Positions 36,120 to 49,215 of a stretch of 64,000 nt of DNA are shown here, one piece after another (position 1 is the stretch's first letter; each line of letters starts with the position of its first letter). Made by a program: the position numbers and the translations under genes. The stretch is from Malacoraja senta (Eukaryota): NCBI GenBank assembly GCA_038087875.1, contig CM075998.1, positions 5,892,001 to 5,956,000 of the forward strand. Direction: 5' to 3'. The notes under the pieces were generated by a model. That model worked only from the letters and a program-made list of their open reading frames with translations, was not told the origin of the DNA and made no database searches.

Positions 36120-37779
36120 GTGAGAGTCGAGATAAGTTTAAAGATACAACCCTTTGACCCACCGAGTCTGTGCCCATCAGCAACCACCTGCTCACACTGA
36201 TTCTATCCCACACACACTTGGGGACAATTTGCCGAAGCCAATTAACCTACAAACCCGCACGTCTTAGGGATGCGGGAGGAAACCGGAGCACCCGGAGCAA
36301 AGCCACGCAGTCACGGGGAGAAGGTACAAACTCCGCACAGACAGCACCCGTAGTCAGGATGGAACCCGGGTCTCTGGCGCTGTGAGGCAGCAACTCTACC
36401 GCTGCGTCACCGTGCCAACCTAATGCCCTTGACGTGCATCACCAGGCCCAGCCTCAAAACTGCACAAAAATATCTATTCTCATCGCATCATTTGGAATAC
36501 TTTTGAAAATAATATTATTCCTAATGAATGTGTCTCACGCCAATGGCTTCTTTTCTGAATGGGGGGGGGGGGGGGGGGGAGCTGTTACTGGTGATATTTG
36601 AAAACTATTAGCCGACTAGCCACTGTGGGGTGTGTGTTTGGGGGAAAGTACCCAATTCAGTTCAGTATCTGTTCTTGCTGCTGAGCTGCTGAGCTGAGGT
36701 GGGTTGCAGACTTACAGGCAGCGAGCTGCACTCTAAAGTCCTGGCTGACTCTCTGAGTCTGGACCACACTGTCGGAAGTGCCACAGTCAGAGAGAAGGCA
36801 AAGAAGTGGCGAATCGAACACAGCGTAGCAAAGTGTGCAGTCACGCACTTTGGTAGTAGGAATAAAGGTGAGGGCTATTTTCTAAATGGGCAGAGGATTC
36901 AGAAATCAGAGGTGCAGGGGGACTTGGGAGCACTGGTGCAGGATCCAAGGGGTTTGATTGAATTGAATTGAATTGAAATGAAAGATACAGTACGGAATCA
37001 GGCCCTTCGGCCCACCGAGTCCATGCTGCCCCGTTCACGCACTCGTTCCATGTTATCCCACTTTCTCATCCACTCCCTACACACTAGGGGGCAATTTACA
37101 GAGGGGCCGATTAACTGGCAAACCTGCACTTCTTTGGTGTGTGGGAGGAAACTCACGCAGTCACAGGGAGGACATGCAAACTCCGTACAGGCAGCAACCA
37201 AGGTCAAGATGGAAGCCGGGTTTCTGGCAGTGTGAGGCAGCAGCTCTACCACAGTGCCACCTCCTCTCCCTGTGTTTGAGGTTCTACATAATTCCCTCTC
37301 TCCTGCTCATCTCTGGTCTTTGTCTTTCCATCACTGTGCCTTTAACTACCTTGCCCCTCAGCTCTGGATTTCCCTCCCTCAACCTCGCCACCTCTCTCCT
37401 CTTTGAAGCTCATCTCTTTGATCAGGGTTTTCGTTAACTATCCAAGCATCAGTGGTTGAAGTTAGAACTGGTGTATAACCGTGACACAGCGTGCTGGAGT
37501 CACTCAGGGGGGCAGGGGGAAGACATGCATCACTTATCCACGCCCTCCAGAGATGCTGCCTGACCGGCTGAGTTACTCCACCACTTTGTGTCTTGTTTTG
37601 TAAACCAGCAACTGCAGTTCTGTTGTGGCGTCGAGGACAACGCTGGGTTGCGCAGTGCCCCCACCCCCACACTCACAGTCGGGTGGACTCACGTGATGCA
37701 GCGGTAGGAAAGTCCAGGACAACAAGGGGGCGCTGTCCCTCACCGTCACGGTGCATGTGTGGTGAGGAGCTGGTGGATC

Positions 37780-38075
37780 TTGGGCTTGTCCCGGCAGCTC
37801 AGTCCTGGTCTTGAAGGAGGAAGCGTGGTGATCTCAGGCTTCTCCCTGCAGTTCACCCTCACCTCAAGAGGAGGCGCTGGCGGTCTCAGGCTTATCCTGG
37901 CGGCTCAGTCTTTGGGGCTTGCAGTCTCTGGATTATCCAGGGTTGCCCCGGCCACTCAGTCTTAACCTCAGTGTCTAGTTTGGGGCTGGCTGTCTAGGGC
38001 TTGGTCCTGGCAGCTCAGTCTTGACCACACGGTGGCGCTGGTGGTCTAGAGTTTGTCCCAGAGGCTCAGTCTTCC
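37780..38075 (+). repeat. Degenerate minisatellite in rdh5 intron 2
   Basis: Core ggctt(g/a)tcc(c/t)ggcagctcagtc recurs about 5-6 times with variable spacers. Confidence 0.6.
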
Positions 38076-38418
38076 TCCAACCTGCGACAGTGGACCATAG
38101 CTAGCAGGGCGATGCCCCCACATCTTCCCCCTTCTCCCCTCTGGCTAGAATGCCTGTGTTTATCGGGAGCAGCTGACAAGGTTCAGATGGCCAAACCAAC
38201 ATCAGATAAGTGGCCCCAGCCGTTACCAATGATGCCAGGGATTGGCCTCTCCTGGCCCGTCAGCCAGTGATCGGGATCAGAACGGCATCAGGGGGGAGGG
38301 GGGGGCTGGCACAGTGTGTAGTTGTGAGGTGTTGTTCCAACTGCACTCTTATCAGCAGCTATTACCTTTAAGGACGTGCCTTGAATCCCGTACATTTGCG
38401 CTGTGTTTTTTGTTTCAG

Positions 38419-38582
38419 ACGTGACATGCAGAATTTTGGTGTTCAAGTCAGCATCATTGAGCCGGGATTCTTCAGGACGGCTGTGACTAACCTGGAGTGC
38501 ATTGAGAAGGACCTGCAGAGACTGTGGGACAGGCTGTCGCCTGAGGTCCGCGAGAGTTATGGACAGAAATACTTTGAAAAGT
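38419..38582 (+). CDS. rdh5: RDH5-like coding exon 3 (164 nt)
   Basis: Acceptor tttgtttcag; [26 protein letters not shown]; donor AAGT|gtaggt; phases match the neighbouring exons. Confidence 0.95.
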
Positions 38583-40277
38583 GTAGGTGACCTGCAGCTG
38601 ATATCTGACTGATCACGTCACCCATTGCCACCATCCAAACACTTCACAGTTGGACACGATCAGTCATTTACTTCCTTCAACACATTCAGGACTACCTGTT
38701 GACTCAACCCTAACTTAAATAAAGAGCAAATTCATTGTGTAGGAAGGAACTGCAGATGCTGGTTTCAACCAAAGATTATTCCTTCCCTCCAGAGATGCTG
38801 TCTGACCTGCTGAGTTACTCCAGCTTTTTGTGTCTCTCTTCGAGCAAATTCATTGGTTTAATTCAGTTTAGTTTAGTTTTAGAGATACAGCACAGAAACA
38901 GGCCCTTCGGCCCACCGAGTCCGTGCCGAGCAGCGATCCCCGCACACCAACACTATCCTACATACACTAGGGACAATTTACAATTTTTACCAAAACCTAC
39001 AAACCTGTACGTTGTTGGAGTGTGGGAGGAAACCGGAGCACCCGGAGAACACCCACGCAGGTCACAGGGAGAACGTACAAACTCTGTACGGACAGCACCC
39101 GTAGCCAGGATCGCACCCGGGTCTCTGGCGCTGTGAGGCAGCAACTCTACCGCTGCGCCACCGTGCCGGCCTGTGTCAGCTTGTGTGAACTGGCTTTCTT
39201 CTAATGGTCTGGGATTGCTGTTGCCCTTCATTCACGTGGTGTTCTGTCTCCTCTTCCAGGTTGATAGACCAAGGGCTCTAGGGTACTGAGGCCAATTGTA
39301 CTGTCCCTCGCTCTGCCTCAGCGAAGATTGGACAACCTTTGGATTGAAGCCAAAACCTTTTCCAGTTCCGTAGAACACAGAACAGCACAGCACAGGACCA
39401 GGCCCTTCGGCCCACAATGTCCGTGCCGAACATGATGCCATTAAACTGTTCTCCTCTGCCTGCACGTGATCCATATCCCTCCATTCCCTGCTTATCCACG
39501 TGCCTGTTTAAAAGTCTCTTAAACACCACTGTCGTATCTGCCTCCACCACCACCCCTGGCACCCACCACCCTGTGTGAAAAAACCTGCCCCACACATCTC
39601 CTTTAAACTCTCCCCCTCTCATCTCAAAGCTATTCCCACTAGTCATTTCCACCTTAGAGAACAAGCTTCTAACTATCGGTACCACTCAGTACCATTCCGG
39701 GTGGTCCATTTTTCCTCCGAGCTGCCGGAATTTTAAGGGCAACACGGCGACGCAGCGGGTGGAGCTGCTGCCTCACAGCGCCAGAGACCCGGGTTCGATC
39801 CTGGCCTCGGGCTCTGTCTGTGTGTGTGGAGTTTGCACGTTCTCTCTGTGACCACGTGGGTTTCCGCCGGGTGCTCCGGTTTTCTCCCACATTGCAAAGA
39901 TGTGCGGGTTTGTAGGTTAATTGTCCCTCTGTAAAGTGTGTAGGGAGTGGGGAAGAAACTGGGATAACATGGAACTAGTGTGGACAGGTGGGCCGAAGGG
40001 CCTGTTTCCATGCTGTATCTCTAAACGAAACCCAGAAGACTTACGATAAATAGACACAAAAAGGTGGAGTAACTCAGTGGGTCAGGCAGTGACGTTTCGG
40101 GTCAAGACCCTTCTTCAGACTGAGTCTGGGGAAAGGAAACGAGAGATATAGACGGTGATATAGAGAAATATAGAACAAATGAATGAAATATGTGAACAAA
40201 GTAACGATGATCAAGGAAAGGTGGAGCCCACAATGGTCCATTGTTGGCTGTGGGTTCGGTGATAACGAGTTAGAGAT

Positions 40278-41238
40278 AGTGAGGTTCCCCTCTTCCATTA
40301 TAGATGAGGCTCTCTCTGGGGTCTCCTCGATATCCCGCAGCTCCGCTCTTACTCTCCCTCCCCCCATTCGTAACAAGGACAGAGTCCCCCTTGTCCTCAC
40401 CTTCCACCCCATCAGCCGTCGCATACAGCATTTAATCCTCTGCCATTTTCGCCACCTCCAACAGGATCCCACTACTGGCCACATCTTCCCATCTCCACCC
40501 CTTTCTGCTTTCTGCAGAGACCGTTCCCTCCGTAGCTCCCTGGTCAACTCGTCCCTTCCCACCCAAACCACCCCCACCCCGGGTACTTTCCCCTGCAACC
40601 GCACGAGATGCAACACCTGTCCCTTTACCTCCCCCCCCTCGACTCCATCCAAGGACCCAAACAGTCTTTCCAGGTGAGGCAGAGGTTGACTTGCACCTCC
40701 TCCAACCTCATCTACTGTATCCGCTGTTCCAGGTGTCAACTACTCTACATCGGCGAGACCAAGCGCAGGCTTGGCGATCGATTCGCTGAACACCTCCGCT
40801 CAGTCCGTCTTAACCTACCTGTTCTCCTGGTTGCTCAGCACTTCAACTCCCCCTCCCATTCCCAATCTGACCTTTCTGTCCTGGGCCTCCTCCATTGTCA
40901 GAATGAGGCCCAGCGCAAATTGGAGGAACAGCACCTCATATTTCACTTGGGCAGCTTACACCCCAGTGGTATGAACAGTGACTTCTCTAACTTCAAGTAG
41001 CCCTTGCTTTCCCTCTCTCTCCATCCCTCCCCTTCCCAGTTATCCCACTAGTTTTCTGTCTCCACCTACATTCTATCTCTGTCCCGCCCACTCCCCTGAC
41101 ATCAGTCTGAAGAAGGGTCTCGACCCGAAACATCGCCCATTCCTTCTCTCCAGAGATGCTGCCTGTCCCACTGAGTTACTCCAGCATTTTGTGTCTATCT
41201 TCCATTTAAACCAGCAGCTGCAGTTCCTTCCTACACAG
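40278..41238 (+). mobile_element. Penelope-like element 3' portion (GIY-YIG endonuclease) in rdh5 intron 3, preceded by an inverted terminal segment (40050-40277)
   Basis: CNRTRCNTC and CTSSNLIYCIRCSRCQLLYIGETKRRLGDRFAEH..HF, with one frameshift; hammerhead-like core at 41107-41131. Confidence 0.92.
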
Positions 41239-41681
41239 TGAAACTGGTACGATGACTAGGGTGGAGGGGGGGGGGGGGGGGACGGGGGACAGAGCAAGGG
41301 TTACTTGAAATTACAGAAATCAAAGTTCATACCCCACTGGGTTGTAAGCTGGTCAAGCGAAATATGAGGTGCTGTTCCTCCAGTTTGCATAGCACACTAG
41401 CAGTGGAGGAGGCCCAGGACAGAAAGGTCAGTGTGGGCACTACAAGGTAGAGAAATATAATTCTGGATGTAATCTAGAGAAGTTAGAAAAGACTTACCGT
41501 GGTCTTGCCTAGGTTTCTTTCACTGATGCTGCCCAGTTCAGGGAAGAGCAGTGTGAAGCTCACCCACGCCTGGGGTTGGAGCAACTCCAAGTGTCGGGAG
41601 TGAGATTGTGAGGATGGTCAATGGGTAAACAGGGGCACCGTCCCATTGACGAGCATGGGGTTGTTTCAGTGTAAGGGGTGA

Positions 41682-41942
<261 letters not shown>

Positions 41943-42579
41943 ATTTAGTTTAGAGATACATCGCCGAAACAGGCCCTTCGGCCCACCGAGTCTGCACTGA
42001 CCATCGGTCCCCGCACACTAACACTATCCTACACACACTAGGGACAATTTACACTTACTGTATACCAAGCCAATTAACACACAAACCTGTACGTCTTTGG
42101 AGTGTGGGAGGAATCCGGTGCACCTGGTTAAAAACCCACGCAGGTCACGGGGAGAAGGTACAAACTCCGTACAGACAGCACCCGTAGTCCGGATGGAACC
42201 CGGGTCTCTGGCGCCGTGAGGCAGCAACTCTACCGCTGCGCCACCGTGCCGTACGGATAGGGAGTGAATGTCAACCAGGAGGTGGCTTTCCTCCTTCACT
42301 ACATTTCTGCGGCCAGGGTTGCACTCTCTCTCCAGTCTCCTCCCGTCTTCACCAATCCACATCTGGATAGCCCACATCGTGCCCGCGTCCTCACTCTGGC
42401 ACCAGTGGGCGGGCAGAGAAATCCCTCCCTTTGTCTCCCAAAGTGAATACCCTTGGTATTTCCCAGCTGAGAGATTATCTGTAGTTTGATCCGTCCTTAG
42501 AAGATCCTACTCTTCCTCGATCGTAGATATATATATGACTTTCACACTAAACTTTGTGAGATGGGTCACTCCCATCTGT

Positions 42580-43178
42580 TATATATGGAACATGGCACAG
42601 TACAGCACAGGACCAGGCCCTTCGGCCCACATGTCCGTGCTGAACATGTTGCCAAGTTAAACTGATCTCCTCTGCCTGCACGTGATCCATATCCGTCCAT
42701 TCCCTGCATATCCACGCGCCTATCTAAAAGCCTCTTTAACACCACTATCGTATCTGCCTCCACCACCACCCCTGGCAGCACGTTCCAGGCACCCACCACC
42801 CTCTGTGTAAAAAACACCTGCCCCACACATCTCCTTTAAACTTTCCCCCTCTCACCTTAAAGCTGCGCCCTCTAGTGTTGGACATCTCCACCCTGGAGAT
42901 AAAGGTTTTGACTGTCTACCCAATCTATTCCTCTCATGATGTTATACACTTCTATCAGGTCTCCCCTCAACCTCTGACGTTCCAGAGAAAACAATCCAAG
43001 TCTGTCCAACCTCTCCCTGTAGCTGAAACCCTCTAATCCCGGCAGCGTTCTGGTGAACCTCCTCTGCACCCTCTCCAAAGCCCCCACATCCTCCCTGTAA
43101 TGGGGGAGACCAGAACCGTACGCAACACTCCAACCGTGGAATGACCAAAGTCCTATAGAACTGCATCTTGACTTCCTG
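42580..43178 (-). mobile_element. CR1-like LINE 3' fragment, third subfamily (also 45945-46420 +, 39370-39660 -, 17590-17840 -)
   Basis: [17 protein letters not shown] and FFTQRVVGAWN. Confidence 0.88.
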
Positions 43179-43404
43179 TGTGTGGCAGGAAGTCCCGTGG
43201 CTTGCTAGACGTTGGTTTCTATGCCTCCCGTGTCTCTATCCGGGGGATAATAATGCAAGTGTAGGCCACTCTGCCCTTCAAGCCTGTTACTATTCATTAT
43301 GATCATGGCTGATCTATGCTGACCTTATCTCCTCTTCTATGCCAGCTCCCCTTGCCCCCAATGCCCTGTTCTTTCAAGCAATAACATCTACCTCCATTTA
43401 AATA

Positions 43405-43722
43405 CAGGTCCACCACTGATTTTCTGGCAACTAGTGGTCCGACCCACCCCCCCCCCCCCCCTCCCTTTATTCCAGACAGAATCCCCGCACAGAACTCCCC
43501 CGAAAATGTAGCGCGCAAACTGGTGAGACAGCTGATCTCAATCTCTTCGGGACTTCTGCCCCAATCAAGGGTCGAATTTCCAGAGCCGACTTCCGCGGGG
43601 CGATTTTGCGGGGTCGGTATCCCGGTTCCCCCCCTTCCCATGGCCATGGCTTTGTTAGTCCGTAAAACGGATAATCCAGAAAGCTCTGGGCTAAGAGTGT
43701 TGGGAAATCGGTGGTGGACTTG
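43405..43722. mobile_element. Tc1/pogo-like MITE
   Basis: ta|CAGGTCCACCACTGATTTTC at the left, GGAAATCGGTGGTGGACTTG|tc at the right: imperfect TIRs with TA on the left only. Confidence 0.65.
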
Positions 43723-44796
43723 TCATTCCAATGCTCCCACTGGGGCGGACACGGTGGCACAGCGGTGGAGTTGCTGCCTCACAGCGCCGGAGACCCGGGT
43801 TCCATCCTGACTACGGGTGCTGTCTGTACGGAGTGTGTACGTTCTCCCCGTGACCCGTGTGGGTTTTCTCCGGGTGCTCCGGTTTCCTCCCACAACTCCA
43901 AAGACGTACAGATTTGTAGGTTAATGGCTACGGTAGTTTAGTTTAGAGATACAGCGCGGAAACAGGCCCTTCGGCCCACCGAGGCTGTGCCGACCAGCGA
44001 TCCCCGCACACTAACACCATCCTACACACACTAGGGACAATTTACATTTATACCAAGTCAATTAACCTCCAACCTGTACGTCTTTGGAGTGTGGAGGAAA
44101 CTGAAGATCTTGTAGAAAACCCACGGGGTCACGGGGAGAAGGTACAAACTCCGTACAGGCAGCACCCATAGTCGGGATGGAACCCGGGTCTCCAGTGCTG
44201 TAAGGCAGCAACTCTACCGCTGTGCCATTGTGCCACCCCAAGGTAAAGATTGTAAATTGTCCCCTAGTGTGTGCAGGATAGTGTGTGGGGTCGGCATGGA
44301 CCCGGTGGGCCGAAGGACCTGTTTCCGCGCTGTAATCTTTAAACTAAACTAAACTAGACTAAACTAAACCCATGTGGGCCGGATAATTCCAGAGATTTTA
44401 CCACCCTCGGTAAGGATACTACCTTGAAACTGTGTCCCCATGTCTGAGACTCTCCCAGCATTGTAAACAGCTCGGTGTCTACCTTGACCCGGTACCAACA
44501 ATTGGACCTGTGAATATAGGAGAGAGGGAGAAAGTGGGAAGAGGTACAAAGCGGTTCCAGCCTGGCTCATTTGCGGTAATAGTCATTTTTTAAAACTTTA
44601 GTTTCGAGGTACAGCCCTTCGGCCCCACCAAGTCCAGACCAACCAGCGATTCCGGCACAATTATACACGCCATTTTACCTCCAAACCTTTACGTTTTTGG
44701 TGCGAACCCAAGATCTTGGAGAAAACCCATGCGGTCACGGGGAGAACATCCAAACTCCGTACAGGCAGGATGGAACCCGGGTCTCTGGCGCTGTTA

Positions 44797-45620
44797 AGGG
44801 CCTGTCCACTTAGGAGACCTCCACAGCAACCCTCTGGTGACCTTGCCCGCCAACCATGGTCGCTGCAAGGTCGCCACGAGATCACAGGAGGTTTTAGTCA
44901 CTCTCCCTAATGGTCGAAAGTGGTTTCCGCGTGGTCGAGGCTTCATCTAGGTTGCTGCTATTTTTTCATCATGATTAAAACTGGCCTCGACTAAAATAGG
45001 TTGCTGTTTGGTCGAAGCCAGTGGAGTGGGGTCACTATTTACTTACAGGCAGTCGAAGGCAATCTCCTTCGCTGACCGGCCATTTAATTGGCTCATTGGA
45101 GTTTCACGACCTAGAAGATCCGCCGGAAGGTAAAATGGCCGCTAACTTTTTAATACTTCTTAAAACTGTCTCCACTCCTTCTCCCCCCCTTCTCTCCCCC
45201 TTCTCCCCCGCTTCTCTCCTTCTCTCCCCCTTCTGTCTCCTTTCTCTCCCCTCTCACTCCCCACTCCCCCGTGCTCTCTAAAGGACTTACCGTGCTCTGT
45301 GGCAGCCGTTTACCTTCATCTTCATCGCGCAGACAGCGCACCTCCGCTGTCCCTGGCCCCTACCTTCGCGATGTGTGTGTGTGTGTATGTGTCTGTGTGT
45401 GTGTGTGTGCGTGTTTGTGTGTGTGCGTGCGTGTGTGTATGTGGGCGTGTGTGTGCGTGCGTGCGTGCGTGCGTGTGTGTGCGGTCGGTCGATCCAGCTC
45501 GCGGTTTCAACGCGGACGGTCGATCCACCTCGAGGTTTTCCCGGCGAGTGCCCTCGGGCTTGAAGGTCGAAGGCACTCTTCTGGACTCGCGGATTAGGTC
45601 GCCCAAGTGGGACAGGCCCT
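44797..45620. mobile_element. PIF/Harbinger MITE inserted in a SINE
   Basis: AGGGCCTGTCCACTT...AAGTGGGACAGGCCCT with flanks TTA and TAA. Splits the SINE sequence ggcgctgtaaggcagcaac. Internal (TG)n tract. Confidence 0.85.
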
Positions 45621-46511
45621 TAAGGCAGCAACTCTACCGCTGTGCCACCGTGCTGCCCTTGTATGAATTCCAATGAATTCCACAGATTCACCACCCTCTA
45701 ACTAAAGAAATTCCTCCTCATCTCCTTCCTAAAGCAACGTCCTTTTATTCTGTGGCTATGACCTCTGGTCCTAGACTCTCCACATCCATTTGTGTTATTA
45801 ACAGCTCCAATATTATTCTAATAGTTCAGGCTACTAATTTATAGCACAGCCGAGAATGCCTGAATCAATGCAATAAATATCTCTCACAATGGGATGGCTT
45901 CAGGTCTCATACTTTCTTATTAACATTGAAAAAAAAATCGATATTTACCAGAATGTTGCCTGGATCAGAGTGTTTCAGCGACAAGGTTGGATAAACTCGG
46001 ATTGTTTCGTCTGGTCTGGAACGTCAGTGATTGTGGGAAAACCTGACAGGAGTTTATAAAATTATATACGCAGGCATGGAGGGGGTAGAGAGTCAGAACC
46101 TTTTTTCCAGCATGGATATGTCCAACACTAGAGGGCGCAGCTATAAAGTGAGAGGGGGAAAGTTTAATAGAGATTACGGAGAGACGTTTTTTTTTACACA
46201 GAGGGTGGTGGGCACCTGGAACGCACTGCCAGGGGTGGTGGTGGAGGCAGATACAATAGTGGTGTTTAAGAGGCTTTTGGTTAGGCACATGGATAGGCAG
46301 GGAATATAGGGATATGGATCATGTGCAGGAAATTGAGATCAGTTCAACTTGACATCATGTTCGGCACAGTAATTGTGGGCTGAAGGGCCTGTTCCCGTGC
46401 TGTACTGTTCCATGTTCTATGTAACTGGAAAAAGGTTTTGGATTCAATCGAAAGGTTGTCCAATCTTAGCTGAGGTAGAGCGATGGGCACTAAAGAAGAT
46501 AGACCAAAAAG

Positions 46512-46697
46512 CTGGAGTAACTCAGCGGGTCAGGCAGCATCTGTGGAGATCATGGATAGGTGACGTTTCACAGAGTGCTGGAGTAACTCAGCGGGTCAGG
46601 CAGCATCTGTGGAGAACATGGATAGGTGACGTTTCACAGAGTGCTGGAGTAACTCAGCGGGTCAGGCAGCATCTGTGGAGAACATGGATAGGTGACG
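46512..46697 (-). repeat. 66-bp array (3 units) at the end of a Penelope fragment (46495-47100)
   Basis: Reverse complement of the same 66-bp unit. Confidence 0.93.
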
Positions 46698-47494
46698 TTT
46701 TGGGTCGAGACCCTTCTTTAGACTGAGGGTGAGGGTGAGGGGGAAACAATAGATATGAATGAATGAATGAATGAGAGTTATGCGAAAGAAGAAATCAAAG
46801 CCAGCAACGATGATCATGGAAAGGTGGAGCCCACAATGGTCTATTGTTGGCTGTGGAGAAGGCGATAACGGATGATGTAAACAGTGAAGCTCAGCAGGAC
46901 GACAGTGAAACTAGTACGATGACTAGGGTGGGGGAGGAACGGAGAGAGAGAGGATGCAAGGGTTACTTGAAATGAGAGAAGTCAACGTTCATAACGCTGG
47001 GTTGTAAGCTGCCCAAGCGAACTATGAGATGCTGTTCCCGCAATATATATTAGCCTCACTCTGACAGTGGAGGAGGCCCAGGACAGAGAGGTCTGTGTGG
47101 ACACAGCAATTGGCCTCAGTATCCTAGAGCAGTTCCCTTTGTCTGTCAATTTGTTCAAAACCTGGGAGGACAGAACACCATGTCCCTGACGTGAATGAAG
47201 GACAACATCATCCCAGACCATTAGAAAAGTGCCAGCTTGAGGAAAGTTTTATGAAAGCACAGAAACAAAACCATCTGGTGATGGCAGGATGTGAAAGTGT
47301 CTCACCTCTCTTTGTTTCACCTGTGCCAAATACAATCTGCCAGCAATGCCCGTCCCTTGCAGGGTGGTCTCCTGACCTAGTGGCAGGTGGTTGAGCAACC
47401 AAGTCCACTGCAGAGACTTGAGCACAAGGGCTAGTCCATGGCTGAGGGCATATCACTGTGGAAGGTTATAGACTCATAGAGTCACAAAGTCTTA

Positions 47495-47826
47495 AACCCC
47501 TGTCCCACGGTGCGAGTTCATTCCAAGAGCTCTCCCAAGTTTGCCCTGATTCGAACTCGGAGATTTACGGTAATGGCCGCTCGTCGGTACTCGGGGCTCT
47601 CGTGGACATTTTTCAACATGTTGAAAAATCTTCACGAGTCTTCCCGTGCTTACCTGCCGTTAGCGAGTCTTCACGTGCTTACCTGCCGTTAGCGTTACGA
47701 GCCGCTAAGAGACGTCCCCGAGCTCCGACGTACCCGCTACGTTCATTCTCCGTGCTTACCACGAGTTTGATTTTTTTAAGACTGGGGAGAGCTCTTGGAA
47801 TGAACTCGTACCGTGGGACAGGGCTA
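47495..47826. mobile_element. PIF/Harbinger MITE
   Basis: 42-bp TIRs with 3 mismatches, starting AACCCCTGTCCCACGG; TTA on both flanks. Confidence 0.9.
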
Positions 47827-48291
47827 TTAACAGCGTGGAAACAGGTCAGGATTGAACCCGGGTCTCTGGCGCTGTAAGGCAGGAACTCTACCCCTTCGCC
47901 ACCATGGTTCATTGAAACCCATAACAGTACGCACAGGGAAACACTCTGAGAGAACCCAAAGTGTTTCAAAGATTCACAGCACCCAAAACATTGTTAGAAC
48001 ATGGAACATAAAACATATTTCTAAGTTCCACCCATACCATCACAGAAGACAAACCCTTGGACAATCCTTGATCAGACTTTACTGGCTTTACCTTGCACTA
48101 AACGTTATTCCATCCTGTATCTGTACACTGTAAATGGTGTGATGGTAATCATGTATTGTCTTTCTGCTAACTGGTTAGCACGCAACAAAAGCTTTTCACT
48201 GTACCTTGGTGACAATAAACTAAACTGAACTGAACTAAACAGTGTGTTGTCTCTCAGTGTCACTGTGACAGTCTCCTGATTAGTAGTGTAA

Positions 48292-49215
48292 TGGGCCTGT
48301 CCCACTTAGGCGACTTTTTAGGCGACTGCAGTCGCCACATGGTCACCACATGATCGCGGGGTGGTTGCCGGGGAGTCGCCTTCGTGATCGTGAGTTGTTC
48401 CCACATTCTCGGAACATGTTGAAAAATTAGCGGCATCCAGAATTTTGATGTTATGGAGAGTCGCGAGAAGGTGCAGTGGTCATGGGTTGCCAGGAGGTCA
48501 AGGTTGTCGAAGGTTCTTGTAGGTTGTCGCGGGGTGGAAGATTGCAACCTTCACGTCTTTCGACTAATGCAATCAACTCGACGTGCACAAACGGAAGATC
48601 AAATGGAACAAGTTGTCCAACAACTTTAGGCAGTGCACGCCACACGGAAGAAGAAGAAGAAGAAGAAGTAGGTTGTAGCCGGTGCTGACCGGTGAATTTC
48701 ATTGCTCATTGGGAACAAAAAAGGTAAACAGTAGTTTTCAGAACCAAGGATAACCGACCGGTAATGTTAAATGTCCGCAGAGCTTCACAGCCGTGTGTCT
48801 CTGGCTTCTCAAAACTTGTCTACACTCCTTCTCCCCACCCCGTCTCCCCCCTTCTCCCCCCTCCCGTCTCCCCCCCTTCTCCCCCTCCTCCCCCCCTCTT
48901 TTAAAGGACTTACGTGACCCTTCCCGTACACTGTGCTTTCACCGTCTCAATTACAGCGCCAACCTTCCTGTTCATCGCGGTGTGTGTCTGTATCACATTG
49001 GCTTTGCTCCGTGTGAATTTCACTCAGACAGTGCTCCCCCCCCGCTTGCCCTGTCCCCCGCCTGCATAATGGGCTGGTGAAGGAAGCAATGTGTGTGTGT
49101 GTGTGTGTGTCCCACTCTGACAGTCGCCGTTCCAGTCGACTGTTTTTCAGCGACCTGCTACGACATGACAGTCGCCGGCAGTCACCTGAAAAATCACCTA
49201 AGTGGGACAGGCCCA
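48292..49215. mobile_element. PIF/Harbinger MITE
   Basis: TGGGCCTGTCCCACTTAGG...CCTAAGTGGGACAGGCCCA; TAA on both flanks. Confidence 0.92.

Noticed and set aside
44423..44507. Minus-strand 85-nt segment with a strong acceptor and a gt donor
   Set aside because: Translates to a decayed CR1 motif (MLGESQTWGHSFKV), and no partner exons were found.
47306..47376. Minus-strand exon-like segment (ctag|...GAG|gtgag), considered as cd63 or an rdh paralogue
   Set aside because: Weak polypyrimidine tract, and no frame resembles a tetraspanin or SDR.
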